A stretch of DNA of 64,000 nucleotides from Chloropicon primus (lineage: Eukaryota): contig CP060759.1 of the NCBI GenBank assembly GCA_023205875.1, forward strand, positions 310,001 to 374,000, written 5' to 3'. Under the pieces are notes generated by a model, which made no database searches, was not told the DNA's origin, and worked only from the letters and a program-made list of their open reading frames with translations. Position numbers and translations under genes: made by a program. Positions 1-13,770 of the stretch are shown here, in pieces. Position 1 is the stretch's first letter. Each line of letters starts with the position of its first letter.

Positions 1-37
1 CAACAACGGGAGGTGGGATGAATCCGCCAAGCCCTCA

Positions 38-382
38 ATGCTAGAAGAGTCCCCAATAAAGCAGCGTCTCTGCAACAGTTCACAGGGCTTGGAGAAGTGC
101 ACGATAGAGAGCTACACGTGGTCTGATAGCGATTTTGAGATCGACATCTACGTCAAGTTGAACGAGCCGGTGGAAAAGGAGGACGTGCTTGTGGACATCG
201 GAGATCAGGCGCTGGAAGTTCTTGCAGAGACGAAGGGCAGGATCTACTATTTGAACCTCGAAAAGCTGTACAAGCCCGTGCAAGTGAAGAAGAGCACTTA
301 CAGGGTGTTCGAGAAGAAGGGGAAAATTGTGGTCCGCCTCACCAAGTGCGACAACCACGAATGGAAGTTCTTGAAAGGGTGA
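38..382 (+). CDS. CS-domain (p23/HSP20-like co-chaperone fold) protein, probably the 3' part of a gene starting upstream of the window
   Basis: SYTWSDSDFEIDIYVKL...LEKLYKPVQVKKSTYRV...IVVRLTK...W fits the CS-domain pattern; the frame is open back to the window edge. Confidence 0.7.
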   Translation: MLEESPIKQRLCNSSQGLEKCTIESYTWSDSDFEIDIYVKLNEPVEKEDVLVDIGDQALEVLAETKGRIYYLNLEKLYKPVQVKKSTYRVFEKKGKIVVRLTKCDNHEWKFLKG

Positions 383-474
383 CACCGCCGTCAGGAAGGG
401 GGGCGGGGAGAGAGGAGTCGCCAACAAGCGCAGGCTCGTGCGTAAGAATAAAAAGTAGAGTACATTTAAGTCAT

Positions 475-2097
475 TTAAATCTTTTCCGTGAAGAGAGCTT
501 CTTGCCTGTTGGTAAGCCCGACATCCTCCAAAGTATTCGTTTCTGTGGCTACAACGACCTTTCTGGGGAACTGCGTGGACAGTTTGTAGGCCCCGGGCTC
601 CATGCCGATGTCCTCCTTCTCCGTGAGAATGGTGTAGTCCACGAAATGAAACAGGAGCTTCGCCGGGCTCTGCTTCAAAAATTTCCTGCTCAGTCTACTG
701 CCATCCGGAAGCCTTATCATCACACTCACTATGTCCTCAGCAGGCTCGGTCGGCTCCGTCCCGAGCTCAGCCTCGAGTCTCGTCTTCATCTCCTCCTTTC
801 TGTCCTGCTCCTGCTTCTTCCTGTCACTCTCTTCCTGCAACTTCCTCCTCTTCTCCGTTTCCACCCTTTGCTTGGCCGCTTCTTTCTCCTGGTCGGCTCT
901 CAGGGAGGCGTGGAATGCCCTGTCCTGCTCCATTCTGATCTGCCTCTGCGCTCTCATCTCGGGGTTCATGGTGCTGCTGCTGATGGTGTCCCTATACGTC
1001 GCTGCCTGAGGCACTGGCCCCTGGTAAGGAATGCCGAACATGGCAGCCTCCAGCATTTTGGCCTCCTCGGCGTTGACGCCGTCCGGAAGCACAATGTCCT
1101 CCACCGCCGCGCTCGAGGGCTCGTTCTGGGCGTCCTGCGCATCCACCATCGTGGAGTCCACCATGTTCTTGTCCTGGGACGCAATCTCTTGGGAGGAGTA
1201 GCTGTTGGACCTCTGGAGGTTGTGGGACACGTGGGGAGAGTCGTGCACAACCCCAAAGTGGTTGTCGGCTTCCATCCTCCCCGCACCCTCCTCCACGGTG
1301 GTGTACTGGCCGAGGTTCGTCGCGGTCCCGGCGTTCGCACGGGTCGGCATCATCGGAAACTGCCCCGCAGTCCTGTCTCTGTTGAGCCTGCTGGTGGAGG
1401 GTGCTCCGTGCACCATGCTGCTTGACGGCCCCGTGTGCTCCTCGCCCACCTGGTCGATTCCGGCAAAGCCGGCGGCACCCGCGCCGCTGTTCACGGTTTG
1501 CAAGCTGCAAGGAGAGCGGCGAGGGAGCGGTCAGAAAAAAGAAAGGGGGGAGCATATTGTATCGGTTGTTGTTGTTGTTGAGAACCACACGGCCCTCCAA
1601 AAAAAAGCGAAAGAAACGAGTTGGCCTCACCTCTCCTCCAGCGCCTGCTTGAGCATCTGCTCTTCAATGTAGTTCCTGTCCCCATCGTTCCCGTCGTTGG
1701 CGTCGTCGTCGTCATCCAGGTTGATGACCTCCCTCTCGTTCCTGCTCGACCTGCTCTGCAGGGGGTGCGTCTGCAAGGACGAGGGAGGGGCAGGCGCCGC
1801 GGGCGCCGCGTCCGCCACCCTCCTCTGCAGGGAGACCTCCTCCATCGGATCGTCGGCCAGGTCGATCACATGACCGCCGTGCAAACCCGCCGCCACGCTC
1901 GACTGCTGCTGCTGCCTCTGCGCCTGGCCCGCCGTGTTCGAGGTCGTCTGCTGGTGCTGGTGCTGGCTCAGCTCGAGGTGAGTGTTCAGGGCCTTCTGCA
2001 GGTCCCACGCGCTCGTCACCAGAGACTCCCTCGCCTCCTCGTGAGACGCACCCGTCACAGCAATGAACGTCGAAAGCGCCTCGTCCCTCTCCTCCAT
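475..2097 (-). CDS. UBX-domain CDC48/p97 adaptor (plant PUX-like: UBA-like, SIM-like, UIM, coiled coil, UBX); 2 exons
   Basis: Exons 2097-1631 and 1504-475 (intron 1505-1630, GT..AG) join to form the UIM EEQMLKQALEESL; N-terminal UBA-like ALSTFIAVTG..WDLQKAL; C-terminal UBX IRLPDGSRLSRKF...FPR. Confidence 0.85.
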
Positions 2098-2351
2098 TCC
2101 TTCCGTGGAGCAGCCGAGGCCAGCCGGACTTCACTTCACTTCACTTCTCTCTCTCTCTCTCCACCCTCGCGCTCGATCAAACGAGGGGCGATCAACCTTC
2201 CTCCCCAACCCAAGAGTAGACGAGCCAAAGAATTTGGTACCAATCGAAAGCCCTCGAGATAAACTACAACCTCGTGCCTCCCCCTTTCCCCCTCTCTCCC
2301 TCACCCGCGCACCACGTCCCGACCTTTGTCCTCCTCTCTCGATCGCCGTCC

Positions 2352-2387
<36 letters not shown>

Positions 2388-2522
2388 CGAAGATCCGAAT
2401 GGAGCCAGAGGATCCGAAGTTTTTTCTTATCCATTTCTCACATGTGGCGGAGAAGAGCAAAAGGAAAAAGCGGCAGAGAGAGAGGAGGGCAGGGCGAAAG
2501 GGTGAGAGAGAGGCGAGAGAGA

Positions 2523-3287
2523 ATGAATGCTTTGTGTGGTAACATGAGTAACCTCAGCATGAGGTGTGCCTCGACTGAGAGGAGGAAAATTAATACGAAT
2601 GCAACGAGGCTTGTCAAGTCGAATGCGCCTACTGCTGTGACACAGGGAGGGAGGCAAAGGACAACCTCGAGGGGAAGGAGGACGCCGTTGCACATCGTTG
2701 CCGCGAGAGTTGCCGGTGTGGAAATCCCAAACGCCAAGAACGTCGAGGTAAGTCACCATCCAACTCCATCCATCCATCCATCCATCCATCCACCTCTCTC
2801 TCTCTGTCTCTGTGTATCTGTGTCTCTCTGTCTTTGTGGATGGATGCAGCTGTGTGCTTGACTTGTGGTTGTCCTGGCCATTGCCCTGGCCAGCTCTGAC
2901 GCGACTGCCTTGTTCTTCTCGCTCGGCTCGTCTGCTCCTTCCCTTCTCTGCGCGGTGTTCGTGCAGGTTTCTTTGACGTACATCTACGGCATCGGGCCCA
3001 CCATGGCGAAGAAGATTATGACAAACTGCGGCGTGGAGAACAAGAGGACGAAAGACCTGAGCGAGGACGAGCTCACCAAGCTCAGGAAGGAGGTCGAGGA
3101 TGGAGACTACCTGATTGAGGGTGACCTGAGGCGTTTCACCGCGATGAACATCAAGAGGCTTATAGAGATTCAGTGCTACAGAGGGAAGAGGCACCAAATG
3201 AGCTTGCCGGTGAGAGGACAGAAGACGAAGACGAACGCGAGGACGAGGAAGGGAAAGAAGAAGACCGTCGCTGGAAAGAAGAAGTAA
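2523..3287 (+). CDS. PRPS13: Plastid ribosomal protein S13 (uS13c), nuclear-encoded with transit peptide; 2 exons
   Basis: [25 protein letters not shown]...CYRGKRH...[17 protein letters not shown]; intron 2748-2966 GT..AG; R/S/T-rich N-terminal extension; TGTAA at 3354. Confidence 0.9.
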
Positions 3288-3485
3288 GAACTGGTGGTGG
3301 TGGTTGGAGAGGAGGCGTGACCTCTCTTATCTGGCGATCCTGGGGCACCGTCTTGTAATTCATTCCAGCTTTTTACTTTACTCGCTGTACCCGTGTTCGT
3401 TCCGTTGCGCGAGAACGACAAAATCATCACCCAGAGGGAAGAGGCCTCGCAGCGAGGTGGTCCCGAGCCAATGCGCATGCAGCCC

Positions 3486-4296
<811 letters not shown>

Positions 4297-4739
4297 CCTG
4301 CTACACTTTCACTTTCCTTCTCCACACAAATACTTTTGGCCAACTCAACTTGGGTGTCTCTCGGCCTCTATCTCGCTTTCCTGGAGGTCAAACCCCTCAA
4401 GCGACCACTCACTGGAAAGCTCGTGAGACGTTCTTCCGTCACAATGACTTTAACCTCTCCGATTCTCCCTCCCTCGTCTCCAACACGCACCGCAAGTACG
4501 CCCAAGCTCCAAAGGATGTGGGTCACCTTGGCTTCCACCTTGGCCTCCTGGTGAGGATGAAAATCGGGAAAAATTTTTGAAGGAACGACGGCGCTGGTGG
4601 TGGTGGAGTCCAAGGGAAACAAAGGTTCCGTGACCAAGGTACGGGGTTGAGAGCGAACGAGAGTCTTCCAGAAGCATTCTACGTCTTACGGTCTTTCGTT
4701 TGGTACCTCACTTGCGAGGAGGCGTGGCGGAGAGGCACG

Positions 4740-5030
4740 ATGGCAGCCCAAGCAAAGCACGGCGTCAAGTTGTTCGAGATAGTCAAAAGCCTTCCAGGTT
4801 TTGGCATCGGGCGAACGGTGACGAGGACGACGTGGCCCAGCGACAGTTACTGGCGCATAGTGGACGTGAAGCCCAAGGTTGACGGCAAGTCGGGCAAGGT
4901 TTGGGGCTACAAGGTTTGGAAGGGAGAGAAGCAGACATCAGATCACTGCAAAGTGTTCGGGGCAGCGAAGAAAGTCTGGACGCTGCTGCCGAAAGAGGCA
5001 CACGCTGAAGCTGGTGGCAAGGCAGAGTGA
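4740..5030 (+). CDS. MRPS34: Mitochondrial ribosomal protein mS34
   Basis: LFEIVKSLPGFGIGRTVTR..W..DSYWRI...GKVWGYKVWKG matches the MRP-S34 family; TGTAA at 5060. Confidence 0.8.
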   Translation: MAAQAKHGVKLFEIVKSLPGFGIGRTVTRTTWPSDSYWRIVDVKPKVDGKSGKVWGYKVWKGEKQTSDHCKVFGAAKKVWTLLPKEAHAEAGGKAE

Positions 5031-5113
5031 CGAGTTGAGCGATCCAAGGACTCTCATGTTGTAAAGTAAAGCATATTTTAATTCACGTGTAGGTATACAA
5101 AGAGCGAGCGCGT

Positions 5114-8100
5114 TTAGTAGAAGGCGAGGGGTCTGGTTTTCTCCGGGGTGGCTTGCCGCCTGTTGTGCGTCACCCTTGGGTTCATTGGCGACCCTCTGAT
5201 CCTCTTGGGCTCTTGGGCTGCTCCCCTTGCTACCTTGCTCATGGGCGAAACTGTCTTCACCTTGACGCTGATGGCGGTGCCCAGTCTCGGCTTTGAGGAC
5301 TTGCTGGTCTTCGCGCTCTTCACCGCTCCAACGGTGTCCTGGTCTGCGAGTTTCGCGTGGGCAACGGCTACGGATTGGGTGAGCTGGTGAATCGTCTCTT
5401 CGAAGGCGCCCATTTTCCCTTCCACTGCCCCGACGTGCCGGGTCAGCACCTTGATTAATTCTTTGGCTTGCATCTTCCCGTCCTTCTGACACAGTATCTT
5501 GTTGACGTCGTCCATCTTCGGCTCGAGGGTCTGCATGGTGTTCTGCACAACCTCGTTCTGTTTCATTTCCAGTTCGCCCAGCTTGTCGCCGTGCACCTTC
5601 ATCTGTTTCATGACGGCTTCCAGGCACTTCTTGTGCAGTTCGCTCTCCTCTGAGCTCACCACCTTTGCGACGTTTTTCTTCACCGCCCTTGGCCTCGCGG
5701 AGCCTCTCTTTGTGGGGGTCGACCCGCCGTCGTTGGCCCCGGTGTTCGCTGTGGCATCCCTCAGTCTCTGCTCCAGCACTTTTTTGTGATCCACCAGCCT
5801 CTTTTCGAAGTGCCTCTTGAATTGATCAAACTTCTCTTCCATTTGCCGGAACTCCAACTCCCTCCTCGCCTCCGTTTCTTCCGCGTCCTTCGCGATCTTG
5901 GAGAGGCTGCCCTCAATCCTGCCAGCCGTTTCGGCTTGTCTGTCCATGATGTGGCTTTGTATTTCCTGGAAAGACGCAGTGAGGTCACACCTCACTTCCT
6001 CTGCATTGGACTCCAGAGAGACTTCAAGTTGATTCACTTGCTTTTGAAGATCCTCGACGTCAACTGCCATCTGTTCCAGCCTTTCGTCCTCCTCTCCTTC
6101 GCTCGTGCGAGAGGCGTTTGCGACGCTCATGGTCTCCAGCTTGCTCTCCACGCTCAAAATCTTCTCCTTCAAGACTTTTGAGGTGCAGTACAAGCCGCAG
6201 TAGAGGTCCCTCTGGGCGTTCTGGATCTTCGTCAATTCCTCGTCACTGGCTCTGTCCTTTCCTTGCTCCATCACCTGCTTGCTCAGCTTCTCGCAGTCCG
6301 CCCTGAGGGAATCGCATTTCTCTTCGACGGTAATCGCCTTTGCCTCGACCGCCTCGACTTTCAAGGCCGTGTCGGTCTCCAGCAGCTCTACCTGACTCAT
6401 CATCTCGTTCACTTTCGCGTCCACGGGCTGGAGGGACTCGTTAATCGTTTTAACGACGTCCTCGCTGGACTGCAGCGCGCTGGCTTTGGATTCAATGACT
6501 TCCAGTCTGGAATCGATCTCGCCCTTCACCTGCTTCATGAAGTCCGTCTGCTTCTCTTGAACCCATTCCAACCCATTCTCGCTCGTAAGCAGCACCTCCT
6601 GGCACTTGGAATCCAACTGCTTTATCTTTTCACTCATTTTGTGCATGATATCCAGGTACTCGTCCTCTGTGCTCGACGTACTTATCAAGTCCGTCTTCAG
6701 CCCTGCCCACTTCTCATCCATGGCCCTGTTGACGGTACCCTGGCTCTCTTCGATCGCTGCAGCAAACCTTTCAGTGAGCCTCTGCTCCACATTCTTTAAG
6801 CTCTGATCCACGGTTTGCCTCAGGCTCAGCAGCTGCTCGCTTCTCACGGCGGATTGCATGATCTCTTTTTTGCACTCGCTGAATCGCGTGTCAAGCTCGC
6901 TCTCCAAAACCTTCTCGTTCTGATCGACCAGTTTGGCGTTGTGCTGTATCTCTCTCACGAGCCGTTCCTCTAAGTTTTCAACTTTCTCATCCACGTACTG
7001 ATTCCACTCGCCAACTTTCTCCACGGATACATTGTGCTCAGACGCTCTTGCGATTTCTGCCATCAAGTCCTGCCTCAACTCAGTCATCTTGGAATTCAGT
7101 TGGCTGCCTAGGGAATGCTCTTTGAAGTACTCGAGGTTCTCGATCGCCCTCGACAAGTGGGAGCTCAGTCTGGTCTCGAGTGAACCAACTTTTTCGTCCA
7201 CCGTATTTGCTAGCTGTGCAAGCTGCTCGCTCGACGCGGTCTTGCTCGACAGCACAGTGGTAGCCTCTATGCACCTGTCCAAATCGCCTTTCATGTTTCC
7301 GAATCGAAGATCCAGCTTCGACTGGATGTCATCCTCGGTTTCGGCTTTCAACCCCTCAACGGCGGAAGCGAGCTTTGATTCCAAGCCGCCTATTTTCGCT
7401 TCAACCGTGCTCGTCAGTTTCTGGTACCTCTCCTCGGCTGCGCGGGCACCTTCGCTGGCCCGGTCGTCCTCAGAGGTGCTGGAACGCGGCTCCTTGGCAG
7501 GGCTTTCATTCTTCGCCTCCTCCTCCTTGCTCATTGCAATCGAGCACAGCGTCTTCAGGTTTGAGGACAAGACGTTGTTCATCGCGTCAAACTTGACCTC
7601 CAGTCCGTCCACTTTGTGCTCGACCTTTTCAACCTTGGACGCGCTTGTGTTCATTTCCTTTGACACCTGCTCCAACTCGTGAGCCAAAGCGTTGTGAACC
7701 TGCTGAGAGTCGTCTTTCACGTTTTGGATCAACTCGGTCATTGCGCTGCAGCCTTCGGAAGTCCGCATCCAGTAATCGGTGAACTTGCGATTCAGCTGGA
7801 TCAGCTCATGGCGAATCGAGACGTAGTCCACTTCATCGATCAGCTTGGTGCGTCTTTCGCTCATGTTCGTGACGCTGTCGGAGCAGTCTGCCGGGCTCGA
7901 GCGCGCTCCGGCGGCCGGCTTCTGAATCGTTGGCTCCTCTCCCCTCTCTTCGTGAGTCATGGAGGACTTTGAGTTCGAGCTGAAGAGGAAGTGGCTGATG
8001 TTCGTCATTCCCGGCGTGCTCGCGCAAGTGTTCGTGCCACTCAAAGGCGTCTCCGACAGTTCCGGGGTCAGGTTACTGCTGTCTCGCACTCGCGCGGTCT

Positions 8101-8856
8101 CAACAACGAACTTGTCGTCTCCCACCTCGTCATGGCTTTCCGCGTGGGCCTCCTGCATGCCGCCGCTCTGGGCGCGGCCGGCCGGGCCGCTCTTGGTCCT
8201 GTTCAGGGCCTTCCTGCTGGCGAGAGCAGCTATCTTGGCCCTCACACGAGCCTCCTGAACCTTCCCCCTTCTGCCAGAGGAAGAGGAAGTCGTCCTTTCG
8301 CCTTCCGGGCTGCTCGTCGACACCCTTGCCCTCGAGTTCTGGCTCGACTCGGTCAAGTAAGCCTTCGAGTAAGTGTTGCTTTCTTGCAGAACACCCGCGT
8401 TCTCGCTGACTTTGATCGGACTCCTCGCCGACAGACGCTTCGCCAACTGGCGCACTTCGACCATTCGGTTCTGACCCACGAGAAAGCAAAGGAAAGCAAG
8501 CAAGTCAGAGACGGTGTCCAAACCGGCGCAACATCGGTGGCCCAAACCCTGTCGTGGCCAACGAGGACCGAACACGCCCTCCCACGACGAGGCCTTACCT
8601 CAAGCTCCTTGATATCCGCGTCCTCTTTGCGCCTCCTGTAGCTCGGGTGGCCGGGTATCACCGTCCCCACAATTTTCATGTACTTGTCGAGGTCCCTCAT
8701 CGCGTTGTACTCGCTATTGCGAAGCGTCGACTTGGGTGCGTTCTCCTTGTCACTCTCCAAAGCTGCTCTCGTATCCTTGTTCATACCGGCGAGCTTCAGC
8801 TTCTTCCAGACGAGGGACGCAGCCCTAACGTGAACGCTGAGCGGTCTGTCGGCCAT
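5114..8856 (-). CDS. Large coiled-coil protein of unknown function; 2 exons
   Basis: Long E/K/L/Q-rich heptad ORF; exon 8856-8599 splices in frame (intron 8471-8598, GT..AG) to 8470-5114; start uncertain. Confidence 0.65.
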
Positions 8857-9831
8857 CTCGCTCGATCCTCAGGAGCCCCTTCAAGTCCCCGACTACTCTG
8901 CCCAAACGCCGTCCACTCGTCCCTCCCACTTGCACTCTGTCCCTTTCCTCTGGAAAACAAAACACAGAACTCTCTCTTGTCAGTCCTCCCAGCCTCCACA
9001 TTCAGTCATTCCTTTCGTGCGAGGGTTCAAACGAAAGAGCAAGACGCGAACTTTCCCATCGCACTCCCATCTTGCGTCCCTTTCCCCCTCCATCGCCACC
9101 AACTCGCCGCCAAACTCACCTCTCTTGCCTCCTCGAGCACCGGCTCGCCCGTCTTGTGCCCTTGGCGGGACAGCTGTTTAGAATTCAAAAAAACCCCCAA
9201 AACTAGCAAGAATCAGTGTAAAGGGGAAGCAGAGGAGGGAAGTGCATCATCGTCCTCATCCGCAGCGAGGATGGAGGGATCTGAACACCCACACCACCTC
9301 CTCCTGCTTCCTGCCCCTCTCTTTCTCTTCTCTTCTCTCCCCTCTTCTTCTTCTCTCTCTCCTCGTGCCTCTCTCCCTTTGCTTTCCCTGGCGCAGGCTC
9401 AAGGCTGATCAAAGCCAATCTTGGGTTGAGCCTCTTGGAGCACAGAGCACGAGTCCTGCACGAGAGCCACGCGAACACGACATCTGCTCCTCCTCCTCCT
9501 CGCCTCCCGATTGCATCGGTTGGCTAGAGTCTTCGCAACCCCCGCTTGGCGGTGATGATGATGCGTCCGTCCTCTCCCACGTACACCTCTTTCGAGCCCC
9601 AACGGTTCAGCAAATTTGAATTCTACAATTCTGACGAAGAGGCAGCCGAGCGAGGAGCGAGCCAAGACGGGAACCTTTGGTCGAGTCGAGTCGAGTCAAG
9701 ATAGGCTTGGCGGTGGCATTGACTTGGAGCACCACCACAAGCCTTGTGGAAGTTCACCTCTCCCTCCTTCGAAGGGTAGAACTTGTCACAACAACAACAA
9801 CAACACTTTTTTCTTTTTGGAGCAAGGAAAG

Positions 9832-11541
9832 ATGACAACCACCATGCCTAACGTGCTGAAGCAGCGTCAGTTCAGCGAGAGCAAGAGCAAGAAGGACCTG
9901 AAGACTCTGCTTGACATCGTGGAGCCAAAACTCATGGTGAACAGGTCCATTCGTTCGTTCCTTTCGAACTACAACGTGCGCCAGTGGCAGCAAGTCATCA
10001 AGTATCTGCTGGTGTACGGCACTGCAACTTTGCAGGAAAAGGTAAGGAAGAGAGAGTTATGGAGTTAGGGAGGGAGAGTGAGGGAGGTTTGCTTGCTTGT
10101 CAGTCTCTTGGCGTGTTCCGTGAACTGACTTCTTCTGTGGATCCCTTTTCCTTGTTTTCTCAGCACGGGAACCAAATCCTGGCGGTGGAGGAGCTCAAGG
10201 AGTTGAGCCGGACGGCCCAAGCTCGAGTCGTTTTCAACAAGGGCATCCCTGCCCTTTCGGATGCCCTGGAGCAGATGAGAACGCAGCTGCACGACTTCGA
10301 GAGAGAGATAGACATGAACAAGGTGGACTTGAAGGAGGCCAGAAAGGAACCGAAGACGAAGGCGAAGGCGAAGGCTCCGAGCCGAGAGCCAAAGCCGGTG
10401 GCCTCGCCTGCCAAGGAGGAGGCGGTCCCGGTGCGAGCCACGGAGGTCGTCGCGCCCAAGACCCCCGTGTCGGAGTTCGGTGTGGGGAGGGAGGACCCAA
10501 GGGACACGCTGGCGGAGAAGTACCGGAGGCGCAAGTTATACGGCGCGACAAAGTCAAAGACGCTCAAGAAGAAGCCTTCGAGCTCCTGGAGACGAGGGGA
10601 CGACCTCGGACGCCCGGCGCAGGCGGAAGAGGGCTGTTGCGAAGACGAGGAGTACACCCCGTACCCCAAGTGGTGAGTGTCCATGCGCGGAGAGCACAGG
10701 CTGGCTCGTTCTCGACGATGATCTGACACCCCTCTCCCGCTTTTCTGCTTTGTTCTCTTCCAGGTGGGACCATCCCGTCGACAAGTCCTCGAAGAAAAGG
10801 ACAGCCAAACCTGCAAAGCACACGCTCGACTTTGCGCTGCCTTGCTTGAGCTCCTACGTCCACGACCCCAACGTCTCCGAGGAGGACAACGTGGACCTGG
10901 AGCGGGACGACTTCAACGTGTACGACTACTTGCACACCAAGTACGACGATTCCCCCGCACCGCTTAAAGTTCCAACGACCCAGCCAAAGGCCGAGGCGGA
11001 CGGGGCCGAAGAGGACGACTTGGGCCAGGAGAGCGCCCCCCGCGCGGAGTACGAGAGCAACACGAGGCTCTCTGGCGACTGGGAGGGCACCCAAGTGCAG
11101 AGGTCCATGGGAGCGTTTTACAGCGACCACTGGATGCAATACTTCGTGGACAAGCACGCTGGCTCCCCCGAAGCCTTCGAGAGGATGAGCGCCGTGGCGG
11201 GAGTCGGCTCGAGCCACGAGGAGGGCGGTGCGGATGGCACGGCAGCGGCCGTGATCTCGGAGCTGAGCAAGCCCTTCGCCAACAAGCTCGAGTTCTCGTC
11301 CAGCGAATTCAACGAGGAGGACGAGGAGGACGTGAATCCCAGGGGAAACTGGAGGTACCTCAAGGGCAAGGAGTTCCAGCACGGGGGCTGGGTGGGCGAG
11401 TACGATTTCACGAAGAAGGGCAGGAAGCCAATCAGGCAGTGGGTCGAGGACAACAGCAGCAGCGGGGTTGAGCCTAGCAATGAGGCCTCGCGGACCAGCG
11501 GGAGCGTCAAGTGGGACTTCGACGAGATCTTGGCCCTCTGA
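9832..11541 (+). CDS. Hypothetical protein; 3 exons
   Basis: In-frame joining across GT..AG introns 10042-10163 and 10673-10763; coding-like codon usage; TGTAA at 11598; no family recognised. Confidence 0.65.
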
Positions 11542-11796
11542 GTTTGAGCAGCAGCTCTGCTTGGGGTCCCTCCACTCCACTGTACCAGCACAAAATATGT
11601 AATTTATAGTATTGCACCCCGATTGCCTCTTGCTAGCCGGACCTATAAACAGAATAATGATTACTTATGCGAGGACGGTAGAGAGGGCTCCGCCGCCTCC
11701 CGCTCGGTCTCACTTAACAGAACCCGCGAGGAACGTTTTTTTGTTTTCTTTTTGTTTGTTTGTTGTCGTCTCTCCACTTCCGCGGCGACAGCATCT

Positions 11797-12497
11797 CTAA
11801 GTGCTCTTAACGGCCTGAGTTCCCTCTCTGAACCCGTTCTTAAACCTGCGTGGCATGTTGCGCAAGTGTCTCATTCTTCCCGTACCCGTGGTCTTCCTTC
11901 TAATGGCCTTGACGCTCCAGTTGTACTTTCTGATCTTGGCAGAAGGGTATCCGCAAGAAGCGCACGTCTTCTTCTGGTTGTGAAACGAGCGCTTTCCACA
12001 CCTAGGGCACAGAGTGTGCGTCTTGTTGTGGCGCTTACCTGGAATCAATCAGTTTCCAAGAGAACAGAGCAGAACAGAGCAGAACACAGAGAGAGAGTCA
12101 GTCACCGACGAACGAAACGCCCCAGCAAGATGGTTGGTGAGGACGGCGATGAGGAGGAGGAGGAGGAGGATCACGGTTCCCTCCGACGACCACGCCTTCC
12201 TCCACGGCTCCCTCGGTCTCGCAAAACCCAAACCCAAACTCCAAACCGCAGAGACAACGACAACAACAACAACAACAACAACAACAACGAGTGGTAACAA
12301 GAGCTCCCTCTCCCGTCACGGCCTCTGGGTAACCAGCCAAGCCTTCCTCCACCCCAACACCAAAAAAGGGCGTGGTGGATGGGTTGCGTCACGTCGCGCT
12401 CGCGTGTAGATTGGAGTATGAAAGAGTATGAAAGTATTGAAGAGTGTTCTGGATTGAACTTACCAAAAGATCCAGTTCCTTTTCCTATTTTACCCAT
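11797..12497 (-). CDS. RPL37: 60S ribosomal protein L37 (eL37); 2 exons
   Basis: [39 protein letters not shown]; intron 12039-12463 GT..AG. Confidence 0.95.
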
Positions 12498-12941
12498 GGC
12501 GTCACGTCACGTCTTCCTCTCTCGTGTCTCGCGGCGCGGCGGTGGTGTCGTTCTGCTGCTTCCCTTCGTCTTCGCCTTTCGTCTTCGCCTTGGCGAAATG
12601 AAAAGAAAAGAGCCTCAACGCTGGTGTTCAAGGAAAAGAACAAAAACGTGTACAAAACGCGTCTTGGGGGACACCGCCGCCACCGAATGCGACAGCCGCC
12701 GCCAACGAAACGAAGCCGAGAGTAGATTTTACACCTTGGGAGGGGGAAAGGGGGAGGGGGAGGAGGAGTGTCGTGAATTTGGTGTTCCTCGGGAGACATC
12801 ACAGAACCTGGGAAAACGAAAACCGCGTCGATTTGTTTTTCCGGAGAGGTATTGGGAAACACGGGGTCTGAAAAAGGGAAGAGGAGAGGGGGAGAGCGAG
12901 AGCGAGGGCGACGGCAGAAGAACCGAAGCGGAGGGAGCAAG
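12498..12941. promoter_or_regulatory. Probable bidirectional promoter between head-to-head RPL37 and RPL27a
   Basis: Two cytosolic ribosomal protein genes diverge from this 444-bp interval; no specific element identified. Confidence 0.5.
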
Positions 12942-13740
12942 ATGACGACTCGTAAGTGAAGGACTACGTGAAGGAGAGGGGGGAGGGCGGAGGGGAGGGA
13001 GATCGTGAGAAAGAATCGAACCTACGACCGAACCCTCCGCCGTGTTTTTTTTCTCTCTCTCGCTCTCTCGCTCCGTTCGTTCGTCGTGCTTCTCTCTCTC
13101 TCTCTCTCTCTCTCCTTGATGCCTCGTGTGAGGATCGAGGAAGGAGGTTGAAGCCCCGGCGCCGTCGTCGTCGTGGCGGTGGCCGCGAATGGTCTCAGCT
13201 TTTGGAACGCGAAAGAGGACGGGAGCTGACCAGTCCTTTCCTTTTCTTCTTCTTCTTCTTTTGTTTCTTTCTCAACTCCCAACAAACTTCCATCTCAAAC
13301 GAACAGGTTTAAAGAGGAACAGGCATAAGCGCGGACACGTGAGCGCCGGTCACGGACGTGTCGGAAAGCACAGGAAGCACCCTAGTGGACGTGGTAACGC
13401 TGGTGGACAGCATCACCACAGGATCTTGTTCGACAAGTATCACCCTGGTTACTTCGGAAAGGTCGGTATGCGTCACTTCCACAAGCAGAAGAACCACTAC
13501 CACTGCCCTATCATCAACTTGGACAAGATCTGGACCTTGTTGGGCGAGGAGGCTAGACTCCAGGCCGCCAAGGCCTCCGGAAAGGCCGCCGTGATCGACG
13601 TCACCAAGTACGGCATCTTCAAGGTTTTGGGCAAGGGAGACCTCCCAAAGCAGCCTGTTGTTGTGAGAGCCAAGTTCGTTTCCAAGCTCGCTGAGAAGAA
13701 GATCAAGGAAGTCGGAGGAGCCGTTCAGCTCATCGCCTAA
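12942..13740 (+). CDS. RPL27A: 60S ribosomal protein L27a (uL15); 2 exons
   Basis: 10-nt first exon ATGACGACTC, intron 12952-13306, giving [42 protein letters not shown]. Confidence 0.95.
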
Positions 13741-13770
13741 GACGACGACGACGACGACGACGACGACGAC
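13741..13770. repeat. (GAC)10 trinucleotide microsatellite directly after the RPL27a stop codon
   Basis: Read directly from the sequence. Confidence 0.9.

Noticed and set aside
346..1425. Long antisense or alternative-frame ORFs (for example 346-1425, 36675-38498, 47273-48631, 55790-58111)
   Set aside because: They overlap well-supported genes and are the expected shadow ORFs of GC-rich coding DNA; no recognisable motifs.
9553..9634. Possible box C/D snoRNA (GTGATGA...CTGA)
   Set aside because: No convincing terminal stem and no rRNA-complementary guide that I could identify; the C box lies in a GAT repeat.
12039..13306. Intron-encoded snoRNAs in the long RPL37 and RPL27a introns
   Set aside because: No properly arranged C/D or H/ACA boxes found; the introns are dominated by simple repeats.
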